Shown: positions 46,794 through 54,420 of the stretch, one piece after another
Layout: the number at the start of each line of letters is the position of its first letter
Numbering within the stretch: position 1 is the stretch's first letter
IMG/VR virus record: IMGVR_UViG_3300043773_000773
Location: 1-61,604 of that record
Source of the DNA: a virus
Lineage: Duplodnaviria > Caudoviricetes
DNA length: 61,604 nucleotides
Reading direction: 5' to 3' (one strand)
Notes under the pieces: generated by a model
Told to the model about the DNA's origin: nothing
What the model saw: the letters and a program-made list of their open reading frames with translations, nothing else
Databases searched by the model: none
Made by a program: the position numbers and the translations under genes

Positions 46794-47009
46794 ATGAGCA
46801 AACCCTGGCACCGCGAGACTTGGATCACCGTCGTCACGAAACCGGGAAAGCGGAACATCGTGTGCGGCCCATTCGACAGCACGCTCGATGCCTGCGACTT
46901 CGTATCGCTCGACTTCGACTACGAAGGCTTCACCCTTCATCCCTCCTATGAAGCGGCCGTCGCTGACGGCACGAAGATGGCGTTCGTTCCCCCTGCGGAA
47001 TCCGCCTGA
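46794..47009 (+). CDS. Early small hypothetical protein
   Basis: GGAG RBS, MSKPWHRE, 71 aa. Confidence 0.65.
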   Translation: MSKPWHRETWITVVTKPGKRNIVCGPFDSTLDACDFVSLDFDYEGFTLHPSYEAAVADGTKMAFVPPAESA

Positions 47010-47089
47010 TTCCCCGATGCGGAGTCTGTCTTTCGACGGCTGGCACGTTGCCGCTGTCGTGTCCCGTTCCTTCCTTCGAGGATCGTCCC

Positions 47090-47269
47090 ATGTTCTGTGT
47101 CGTTCGCATCACGGCATCCGGCGAGCGTCTGGCCTACACGTTCCCCACCGAACGTAAGGCCCGCTGGTACATCAACGACAACTCCGACGGCATCACGCTG
47201 TTCGTGTTGTACGACCCCGACGGTGATCGTGTGGTCGAGACTCGCTTCCCGGTGCTGATGGTGGCCTGA
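47090..47269 (+). CDS. Early small hypothetical protein
   Basis: GAGG RBS, MFCVVRIT, 59 aa. Confidence 0.65.
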   Translation: MFCVVRITASGERLAYTFPTERKARWYINDNSDGITLFVLYDPDGDRVVETRFPVLMVA

Positions 47270-47376
47270 TTTCCCGATGCGGAGTCTGGATGGTAGCGGG
47301 GCTGGCACTTCGCCTCCCCGCCTCCACCCGCACTTCGCGGGATGGTTCGATTGGTTCCTTTCTTGAGGAGATTGCT

Positions 47377-47778
47377 ATGAACGCCGACATGATGAAGAAG
47401 CTGTTCCTGTCCCTGATCGCCGATGCCGCCTCCAGCCCCGTCAAGGCGAAGGGCAAGGCGAAGGGCAAGCGTAAGGGCAACCCCGAAGCCCTTGCCAAGT
47501 GGCGTGCCGAGCAGAAGGGCAAGGCCGCTCCCGCCAAGAGCAAGGCGAAGGCAAGGCCGAAGGCCGTCGAGGTCGAGGAGGTCGAAGGCGTCGAGTGTGG
47601 TGGCGTGGAGTTCCGCAAGGGCAGCGTCACCAAGCAGGGACGCGAGTACGTGCTGATCTACGTGGGCGGTGCCTTCGCTGGGTCGCTCCGCGTCGATGAC
47701 GGCAACCTGCTCAAGGCCGCTCTCGGTGGCTTGAAGCACCGCGATGCCGTCGATGCCATCGAGCTGGCCTGCGAGTGA
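47377..47778 (+). CDS. Lys/Ala-rich histone-like early protein
   Basis: GAGGAG RBS; KAKGKAKGKRKG, AKSKAKA runs. Confidence 0.7.
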   Translation: MNADMMKKLFLSLIADAASSPVKAKGKAKGKRKGNPEALAKWRAEQKGKAAPAKSKAKARPKAVEVEEVEGVECGGVEFRKGSVTKQGREYVLIYVGGAFAGSLRVDDGNLLKAALGGLKHRDAVDAIELACE

Positions 47779-47873
47779 TCGCAGCCTGACGGTTCACACA
47801 CCACGCCCCGTTGGCTCACCGCTGACGGGGCGTTCGCCTGCACCGTCGCAGGTTTCATGTCAGGAGCATCGTC

Positions 47874-48041
47874 ATGCACGAAATGATCGGCAAGCGTATC
47901 TGCTGGGAGTGGCGGAACACCGTCCGGCACGGCGTCGTCTATTCCGTCATCGGATCGGGCGAGCACGAAATGTATCTGGTCATCGCATCTGATGGCGGCA
48001 GAACGGTTGTCGCGTGCCGCATGGCACATGTCACCGCATAG
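47874..48041 (+). CDS. Early small hypothetical protein (55 aa)
   Basis: Read manually MHEMIGKRICWEW...; AGGAG RBS; stop abuts motif copy 4. Confidence 0.65.
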   Translation: MHEMIGKRICWEWRNTVRHGVVYSVIGSGEHEMYLVIASDGGRTVVACRMAHVTA

Positions 48042-48136
48042 GCCGCTGCGGAGTCTGGGATACGGGGCTGTGCTGCCAGCCAGCCCCCAATCCTGCACTC
48101 GCGGGAAGTTGACTTCACCACAGAAAGGAAAGGCCG

Positions 48137-48355
48137 ATGACAGACCCATTCGTGATTCTGGAGAGGTATCGCAACGACATCCGCCACTGGAGCCGCATCC
48201 TCTGCGGCGACATCGTTGGGCCGCACGGCTCTCGGGCGTGGCAGGACGTAGCAGCCATGCTGGCGACAGACCTCCGGAGGTACGCCGACTACCTCGACAA
48301 CTGCCGGGAAGGCCATGTCGCTGGGCCGATTGTGTTCCCGTCTTGGGACGATTGA
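48137..48355 (+). CDS. Early small hypothetical protein
   Basis: AAGGA RBS, 72 aa, stop abuts motif copy 5. Confidence 0.65.
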   Translation: MTDPFVILERYRNDIRHWSRILCGDIVGPHGSRAWQDVAAMLATDLRRYADYLDNCREGHVAGPIVFPSWDD

Positions 48356-48478
48356 CCGCTGCGGAGTCCGGCTCATAGCGGGGAAGGCTGACGCCCCGCC
48401 TTGACCTGCACTCGCAGGACGCACCCATCGCACTTCGCGGTGGGTGTTTTCGTTTCCACGCTTCATAAGGAGCTTTCC

Positions 48479-48703
48479 ATGCCCCGTTCCAACGTGTCGA
48501 TCTTCCAGTCCCCCAAGACCCGCCTGTTCTACCTCGTCAACCTCAAGGGCGATGGTGCCGTGCATGGCGGGTACGACAGCGAGAAGGAGGCCCGCGAAGC
48601 CCGCCGCCTCCTGCCTGCCCACGAGGAGTCCTGCCGCACCGTCGAGCGGCTCATCGCCCCGCAGCCCGGCGTGGAGGACGACATCAACCCTCTCGCCCGG
48701 TGA
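48479..48703 (+). CDS. Early small hypothetical protein
   Basis: AAGGAG RBS, MPRSNVSI. Confidence 0.65.
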   Translation: MPRSNVSIFQSPKTRLFYLVNLKGDGAVHGGYDSEKEAREARRLLPAHEESCRTVERLIAPQPGVEDDINPLAR

Positions 48704-48793
48704 ATAGCCGCTGCGGAGTCTGACTTTTGCGAACGGGGCCGGTCGTCATGGTGGCGGCTGGCCCCGTTCGCGTTTCCCATGAGGAGCAATGCG

Positions 48794-49177
48794 ATGAAGC
48801 GGGAGGTGATGGAGAAGTGGGTGCATGCACTACGTCACGGCAACTACGGCCAGACGTACGGCTACCTGCGTGAGGAGTCCGACCCCATCGAAGAGCCTGG
48901 AGAGTACGCCTACTGTGCGTTGGGCGTGCTGTGCGATGTGTACGTCAAGGAGCAGTGTGATGGCGACTGGGGATCGCTGTGTCGCCCGCAGTCATACGGC
49001 GAGACGCCCCCTCCTGCCGTGATCGAGTGGGCCGGTCTTTCGTGCCGCGACCCAGATGTGAACGTGACGGCTCACGGCGAAGAAGAACACTACGAAAGCA
49101 TCAGCGAGATCAACGACGCTGGCGTGGAGTTCAGCAAGCTGGCTTCGCTCATCGAGGAGCAGTGGGAAAAGCTGTGA
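48794..49177 (+). CDS. Conserved phage hypothetical protein
   Basis: KWVHALR.G.Y.Q..YCALGVLCD..ND...F...A..IE pattern, recurrent in phages. Confidence 0.7.
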   Translation: MKREVMEKWVHALRHGNYGQTYGYLREESDPIEEPGEYAYCALGVLCDVYVKEQCDGDWGSLCRPQSYGETPPPAVIEWAGLSCRDPDVNVTAHGEEEHYESISEINDAGVEFSKLASLIEEQWEKL

Positions 49178-49257
49178 TTCCCCGCTGCGGAGTCTGTCTC
49201 TTGACCGGCGGCACGTTGCCGTCGGTGGTTCTGTGTCTCTTTCAATGAGGTGTTCCT

Positions 49258-49428
49258 ATGCGTACCCACAACCCCACCCAGTACCCGCGACTCATGCACT
49301 TCGTGTCGCTCAACGCTGCCGCCAAGCAGCTTGGTGCCGCAACCAAGCGGCAGTTCGTGGCCGACCTCCGCACGCTGTCTCACCGTGAGCGGCGGGATGT
49401 TGCCGACCTCGTGAAGAAGGAGGGCTGA
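49258..49428 (+). CDS. Early small hypothetical protein (56 aa)
   Basis: Read manually MRTHNPTQYPR...; GAGGT RBS. Confidence 0.6.
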   Translation: MRTHNPTQYPRLMHFVSLNAAAKQLGAATKRQFVADLRTLSHRERRDVADLVKKEG

Positions 49429-49430
49429 AC

Positions 49431-49625
49431 ATGGAGAAGGAGTTGAACTACATGCGAATGGCGTTCTGGGCGGACGCCGCAGACTCAAACGAACCGCTGC
49501 CTCCGGGCTTGGCTGCGTCAATGGCGAACGACCTCGACGCCATCGCCAGAGACATCGCCCTGTTCTATCTGGAAAACGGCAGGTCGCCACACCTTGAGGA
49601 GGGCGGCGCATGCCATTCGTCATGA
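49431..49625 (+). CDS. Early small hypothetical protein
   Basis: 64 aa, AAGGAGG upstream. Confidence 0.6.
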   Translation: MEKELNYMRMAFWADAADSNEPLPPGLAASMANDLDAIARDIALFYLENGRSPHLEEGGACHSS

Positions 49626-49783
49626 CGTACGGCGGCGGCAGATACACCTCCGTCGCGTGGTACCCGACCCATGCGGAAGCACAGGCAGAGTGCGACCGCA
49701 TCAAGCGTGCCGGTTCATGGAGCGGGATGCCGCCCAAAGTTGAACCGGATTCCCCGCAATCCACCGCTGCGGAGTCTGCGTGA
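49610..49783 (+). CDS. Early small hypothetical protein (57 aa)
   Basis: MPFVMTYGGG...; GAGGAGG RBS; reads through motif copy 8. Confidence 0.55.
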   Translation: MPFVMTYGGGRYTSVAWYPTHAEAQAECDRIKRAGSWSGMPPKVEPDSPQSTAAESA

Positions 49784-49905
49784 TGGGCAACAAGTGGAAC
49801 GACCAGTGGTGGACGCTGGTCAAGGCAGAGAAGCACAAGGAGGAGCGTCGTCTTAGGGCGGCACGCAAGAGAGCCAAGCGTGTCGGCCGCATCAGGCAGC
49901 GGTAA
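49783..49905 (+). CDS. Basic 40-aa peptide
   Basis: TGATG coupling; MGNKWNDQWW...RAARKRAKR; stop just before motif copy 9. Confidence 0.5.
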   Translation: MGNKWNDQWWTLVKAEKHKEERRLRAARKRAKRVGRIRQR

Positions 49906-49934
49906 TCGCCGCTGCGGAGTCTGGTTCATACGGC

Positions 49935-49969
49935 AAGGCCGTCCCAACGTGGGGCGGCCTTTTCTTTTT
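49935..49969 (+). terminator. Terminator-like hairpin just after motif copy 9
   Basis: AAGGCCGTCCCA-ACG-TGGGGCGGCCTT then TTCTTTTT. Confidence 0.6.
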
Positions 49970-49987
49970 CACTGAGGAGACAGGCAC

Positions 49988-51235
49988 ATGCCTACCGAGA
50001 ACACCAACACGGACGAAGTGGTGCGGGATGAGTACGGGTTCGATGAGAACGGCATCCACACCAACGGCACGGAGTTCAACGACGCCGGGTTCGACCAACA
50101 TCACCTTCACCGCGACACGGACACCGAGTTCGATGAGTCCGGCCGCACCATCAACGGAACGCGGTACAACGTCGATGGCTACGACGTCGAGGGCTACGAC
50201 CGCAACGGCTACGACGAGGATGGGTACGACAGTGACGGCTGGGACCGCGACGGCTACAACACCGAAGGCTACGACGCCGACGGCTATGACTGCGACGGGC
50301 AGGACTCGTGCGGCAATACCCGCTGCGACAACGGCGACTGCGACGACGACTACTGTGACTGCCGCACTCGCGGGTCGGACGAACTGCTCGACTCCGATGC
50401 CTGCGTGCTGGAGGAAACACGCTGGTGCCAGTACCGCTACAAGCGGACGGCCCAACTCGTAGCCTTCGAGTTCGAGTGCATCGCCCACGACTGCGCCAAC
50501 GACGGGGCCGAGCGGCTGATGGTGCCGTTCGATGAGGCGTACGACGAACTGATCGGTCACACCGCAGGCTGCGGCTCGATCGCCAAGCACGACGGTAGCC
50601 TGCCGACCGGCAAGGGCGTCGAGTTCGTCACCGTGCCGATGCTTCTCGACGAACACCGGCGCGTGCTGGCGAAGGCATTTCCCGGCGGTCGGCTCGGCGG
50701 CGGGCATGTCAGTGCGTGGAACCACACCAAGTGCGGCATGCACGTGCATCTCAACCGCCGCAGCATGGGCAACCTCACGCTCGGCAAGCTCCTGTGCTTC
50801 ATGCACCAGAGTTGCAACCGCTCCTTCCACATCGACATCGCTGGCCGTGAGACAACCTACGCCAAGTTCCAGGGGCATCGCTCGTTCGTGAGCAACGGCC
50901 TGCCCGTGAAGGCGGATCACGGCGAGAAGTATTCGGCCCTCAACATCAAGCCGCACACCGTCGAGTTCCGCATCTTCCGCCCGTCCACGCAGCTTCCCAC
51001 GATCCTCAAGAACCTGTGCTACTGCCTTGCGGCGCGTGAGTTCTGCGTGAGCGTGTCTGCCATGCGGTCGAGCATCACGTGGCAGGAGTTCCTCAAGTGG
51101 CTCGGCACCACCGATGCCCGGCTCCGCTACCGCGAGCTTGATTCGTGGCTCCGCAACCGGCAGTCGGACTACGGCATGTACTACCGCGCCCACGCCAAGC
51201 CGCTGCCCAAGCCCAAGCCGCTCGGCGCAGCCTGA
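49988..51235 (+). CDS. Putative amidoligase (COOH-NH2 ligase) with N-terminal GYDxx repeats
   Basis: FEFE, DGSL, GVEFVT, CGMHVH, KYSALN, TVEFRIFR motifs. Confidence 0.85.
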   Translation: MPTENTNTDEVVRDEYGFDENGIHTNGTEFNDAGFDQHHLHRDTDTEFDESGRTINGTRYNVDGYDVEGYDRNGYDEDGYDSDGWDRDGYNTEGYDADGYDCDGQDSCGNTRCDNGDCDDDYCDCRTRGSDELLDSDACVLEETRWCQYRYKRTAQLVAFEFECIAHDCANDGAERLMVPFDEAYDELIGHTAGCGSIAKHDGSLPTGKGVEFVTVPMLLDEHRRVLAKAFPGGRLGGGHVSAWNHTKCGMHVHLNRRSMGNLTLGKLLCFMHQSCNRSFHIDIAGRETTYAKFQGHRSFVSNGLPVKADHGEKYSALNIKPHTVEFRIFRPSTQLPTILKNLCYCLAAREFCVSVSAMRSSITWQEFLKWLGTTDARLRYRELDSWLRNRQSDYGMYYRAHAKPLPKPKPLGAA

Positions 51236-51281
51236 TCCTCTCGTCCCTTCATCCTTTCATCTCTCCACAGGAGCAATCCAC

Positions 51282-52196
51282 ATGTGCCTTGCAATCCACA
51301 AGCCCGCCGAGACTCGCCCCGACTGGATCGCCTACGCCAACGGCTACCGCAGCAACCCGCACTCGTGGGGCTTTGCCGCAATCCACGACGGACACCTCGT
51401 TGTCATGCACGGACTCGGCTCGTTCGATGAGTTCCGCCTCGCCTTCGAGCCGTATGCCGACTGCCAAGCCATCATCCACTACCGATGGGCCACGCATGGC
51501 AAGACCGACCTCGACAACTGCCACCCGTTCATGGTCAGCAACAGCCTCGCCATGATCCACAACGGCATCGTCAGCATCGAACGCAACGTGAACAGCGACC
51601 GCTCCGACACGTGGCACTTCAACGAGCTAATCCTCAAGCCCATGCACGAGCGCGACCCGGACTTCTTCCTGCGTGGCGACATGATCTACACGCAGGAGAT
51701 GGCTCACGCCGACAGCAAGTTCGTGTTCCTCCGGGCCGACGGCGACTTCGCCATCTGGAACAGCGGCGAGGGTGAGGTTGCGGCCGACGGCCACTGGTAC
51801 AGCAACTCTTCGCACAAGTCGCTGGCCCGCATCGGCTACGCGACCAGCAAGTACACGGACTCGACTGGCTGGCGCGACATGTCGCCCAGCGCCCGCTCCC
51901 CGCTGACGTACGCCAGCCGCAAGGCAGACGATGCCGACCGGCGGTACGAGCAGGACGACCTCATCGGCGGCTGCTCGCTCGAGGCCAGCGTCGAGCCGGA
52001 GACTGGCGTCACGCTCATCCGCGACCCGTACTACGGCGAGTACGACCCGATCGAGCATGCCGACGACGACGAGGAGCAACTGGCCGACATGATGTGGTCC
52101 GACCTCCGCACCTATGGCATCTCATCCGGGACGCTCAAGGAGGTCTACCACATGTTCGGCAACTGGGGCATCCAGGCTCTGTACGACTGCATGTAA
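51282..52196 (+). CDS. Class II (Ntn) glutamine amidotransferase
   Basis: Met-Cys start, N-P-H-S-W-G, HYRWATHG, NCHPF, HNG, SDT. Confidence 0.9.
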   Translation: MCLAIHKPAETRPDWIAYANGYRSNPHSWGFAAIHDGHLVVMHGLGSFDEFRLAFEPYADCQAIIHYRWATHGKTDLDNCHPFMVSNSLAMIHNGIVSIERNVNSDRSDTWHFNELILKPMHERDPDFFLRGDMIYTQEMAHADSKFVFLRADGDFAIWNSGEGEVAADGHWYSNSSHKSLARIGYATSKYTDSTGWRDMSPSARSPLTYASRKADDADRRYEQDDLIGGCSLEASVEPETGVTLIRDPYYGEYDPIEHADDDEEQLADMMWSDLRTYGISSGTLKEVYHMFGNWGIQALYDCM

Positions 52197-52230
52197 TTCC
52201 CCGCCACACACCCACGCAAGGAGGCGTGAC

Positions 52231-52305
52231 ATGAACCCAGACCAGAGGGAACTGGTGCTGATTCTGATCCGGCTGATTTTGGAACTGCTTACGGCGTCAC
52301 GCTGA
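52231..52305 (+). CDS. 24-aa hydrophobic peptide
   Basis: AAGGAGG RBS; MNPDQRELVLILIRLILELLTASR. Confidence 0.55.
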   Translation: MNPDQRELVLILIRLILELLTASR

Positions 52306-52328
52306 CGCCCCAACACAAGGAGAGTGTT

Positions 52329-52739
52329 ATGGCTCGCACGAAGAACAGTCTGCGCAAGGGTTGGGCCGCTGAGTTCATCGCTCGCTGGAAGGAGGCCGCC
52401 GATGCGGGCCTCACCCGGCGTGAGTTCGTTGATCTGTACGACGACTTGACCTACGGCATGGTGGCGACTCGCGTCCACGCCCTAGAGGCACGAGGCATCC
52501 ACCTGCCTGCGCTCCGGCACGGCAACGAGGGCAATCGCCACAACGCCACTGGCCGCAACCAGTGGAGCGGCAAGGCGAGCAAGCGCAAGAGCGGGCAGGC
52601 CAAGCTGATGCCGCCACTGACGGGCGAGGTGGTGGCGGCACCGGCACAACGCAGCGTGGAGGTGTCATCCATGCCGCGCTTCACCATCGAGGAGCGACCG
52701 GGCTCCTCGTATTCCATCACCATCACCATCGGAGGCTGA
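52329..52739 (+). CDS. Hypothetical, possibly HTH DNA-binding protein
   Basis: AAGGAG RBS, 136 aa. Confidence 0.65.
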   Translation: MARTKNSLRKGWAAEFIARWKEAADAGLTRREFVDLYDDLTYGMVATRVHALEARGIHLPALRHGNEGNRHNATGRNQWSGKASKRKSGQAKLMPPLTGEVVAAPAQRSVEVSSMPRFTIEERPGSSYSITITIGG

Positions 52740-52741
52740 TC

Positions 52742-53053
52742 ATGGCGCGGGTATACGACGACATCGTTCACTTCTTCAAGAAGCGGGACGTAGACATCAT
52801 GGCTCTGCAACCAGAGCGACTGCGCGAATTGTGCGCAGGCGAGGCAGACAGGGTGTACGAGCATCTCGATAAGCGGTCGAGCCCGACGGGCGACCTCATT
52901 GCCGCAGTCATCGAGGCCGAGCAGTACATCGCCAGCATCGAGGAGCAACTCCGGGCGCTGCGGTCGGACAACCGCATCCTGCGGGTGCAGTTGAGGGCGG
53001 CAGAGCGAATCATGGGCGGCACGCCAGGCGTCAACAAGGAGGACTGGGAATGA
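52742..53053 (+). CDS. Coiled-coil hypothetical protein
   Basis: GGAGG RBS, MARVYDD. Confidence 0.65.
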   Translation: MARVYDDIVHFFKKRDVDIMALQPERLRELCAGEADRVYEHLDKRSSPTGDLIAAVIEAEQYIASIEEQLRALRSDNRILRVQLRAAERIMGGTPGVNKEDWE

Positions 53054-53268
53054 CAGCGTTCTGGTTTCACTACAACAAGCCCGCTTCGCAGAAGGCGGGC
53101 CATCCCATCATGACAGTGCATCACAAGGGTGCCTGCCTGTTCGTGCGCAACATCGTGTGTTCTGTCCCGGTGCGTAGCCGGGAGCGGAACACGCAACCCA
53201 GAGTCGTGATGGCTGGCAGCGGCAGCGTCCGCATCGCTGGCGACACGGCGTACATCGAGGAGAACTGA
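53050..53268 (+). CDS. Conserved phage hypothetical protein
   Basis: FWFHYNKPAS...QPRVVM. Confidence 0.65.
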   Translation: MTAFWFHYNKPASQKAGHPIMTVHHKGACLFVRNIVCSVPVRSRERNTQPRVVMAGSGSVRIAGDTAYIEEN

Positions 53269-53269
53269 C

Positions 53270-53560
53270 ATGCCCTTTGCAGATGCCAAGTATCCGCCGC
53301 GCTTTATCAGCCGCAATTTCGGGCACGGAAAAGAACACCTCCTAACCCTGTCAAACGGCGAGCTACTGCTCGTTCGGGAGGCGGTCGAGGAAATCGCCAT
53401 AGCTCACTACGACGGCGAGTGGGGAGAGCCTACCTACTGGGTGTGTTCAATCAGTAGTAATGGAGTGCTGGCATACAGCCACGCCTCCGACGCATGCGCG
53501 ATGCTCACCGAAGGGTTGGGCTGCGCGGAGGATGCCAAAGCAGAAGGGAGGGGTGAGTGA
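53270..53560 (+). CDS. Hypothetical protein
   Basis: 96 aa, GAGGAG RBS. Confidence 0.55.
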   Translation: MPFADAKYPPRFISRNFGHGKEHLLTLSNGELLLVREAVEEIAIAHYDGEWGEPTYWVCSISSNGVLAYSHASDACAMLTEGLGCAEDAKAEGRGE

Positions 53561-53801
53561 TGGGATCGTTCACTGTTCTTGTTTCCAATATCTCCGATTA
53601 CTGGGAGGTGCGTGACGAAGATGGCGATCTGGTTGCCGACTACGTTCCGGCCAGCGACATAGCCAAGCTGTTCGCTGCTGCCCCTGAAATGCTGGAGGCA
53701 CTCAAGTCTGTCGCCAGCAAGCACTCGCATATTGAGACAGCCAATATGCCCGAATGGCTTGACGCTGTTGAAGATGCCATCGCCAAAGCAGAAGGGAGGG
53801 G
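53534..53801 (+). repeat. 20-bp direct repeat GCCAAAGCAGAAGGGAGGGG at 53534-53553 and 53782-53801
   Basis: Exact match at the 3' ends of two consecutive genes. Confidence 0.9.
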
Positions 53802-53811
53802 CGATGCCTAG
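53557..53811 (+). CDS. Hypothetical protein with AAAPEMLEALK motif
   Basis: Common phage early-gene motif LFAAAPEMLEAL...AIAKAEG. Confidence 0.7.
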   Translation: MMGSFTVLVSNISDYWEVRDEDGDLVADYVPASDIAKLFAAAPEMLEALKSVASKHSHIETANMPEWLDAVEDAIAKAEGRGDA

Positions 53812-54160
53812 CGTCACGGACCGGGAGCGTGCGGTCCTGCATCTGATCGCACGCTCCATCGAATCGAGCGGATGCCAGCCGTCGTACCGGGACATAGCCC
53901 AGCACTTCGGATGGGCCAGCCTCAACTCGGTGGCGCAGGTTTCTCGCAGCCTGCGCAAGAAGGGCGTGGTCGCCATTGAAGGCGCCCGCGCATGGTCGTT
54001 TGAGTGGACGAACTACCTCAAGGAGACAAGCAATGACGCTGAAGGAACTGATGGATCGTGTTCTCGCCATGCTTCCCGATGCCATGTTCGACGAGACGGG
54101 CGACGGGGAGGTGATCGTCATGACCGGCAAGCGCGCTCACCCAGAGGAGGACTGGAATGA
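53804..54160 (+). CDS. LexA-type winged-helix DNA-binding protein lacking peptidase domain
   Basis: TDRERAVL..I...GCQPSYRDIAQHFGWASLNSV....L.KKG. Confidence 0.8.
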   Translation: MPSVTDRERAVLHLIARSIESSGCQPSYRDIAQHFGWASLNSVAQVSRSLRKKGVVAIEGARAWSFEWTNYLKETSNDAEGTDGSCSRHASRCHVRRDGRRGGDRHDRQARSPRGGLE

Positions 54161-54197
54161 AGGGTCGCTTCCACTTCAACCTATCCTTGACGACTAG
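54033..54197 (+). CDS. Small acidic hypothetical protein
   Basis: AAGGAG RBS, MTLKELMD. Confidence 0.55.
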   Translation: MTLKELMDRVLAMLPDAMFDETGDGEVIVMTGKRAHPEEDWNEGSLPLQPILDD

Positions 54198-54234
54198 GTG
54201 TAGAACTGTACACTCACCACACAGGAGAGAGGGG

Positions 54235-54411
54235 ATGCCTTACCCCACCGCAACGATGACTCTCACCCCACGAGAACTCGCACTCGTAATCGACGCCCTG
54301 CATGAGTCGGCAGAGGATCGTCAGGAGTTCGATGAACTCACCCAAGCAGCAGAGTTCACGACGCTGCAACGCAAGTTCGTGAAGGCCCACGACTCACTCA
54401 TCACCCACTAG
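54235..54411 (+). CDS. Small hypothetical protein
   Basis: AGGAG upstream, MPYPTATM. Confidence 0.55.
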   Translation: MPYPTATMTLTPRELALVIDALHESAEDRQEFDELTQAAEFTTLQRKFVKAHDSLITH

Positions 54412-54420
54412 GAGATACCC

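Larger units (their letters stand above)
46721..49923 (+). repeat. Nine dispersed copies of CCG(A/C)TGCGGAGTC(T/C)G
   Basis: Starts at 46721, 47014, 47274, 48043, 48356, 48708, 49182, 49764, 49909; all on the + strand. Confidence 0.95.

Noticed and set aside
46721-49923. CRISPR array
   Set aside because: The repeat is only 15 bp, spacing is 145-769 bp and irregular, spacers are genes, and no cas genes are present
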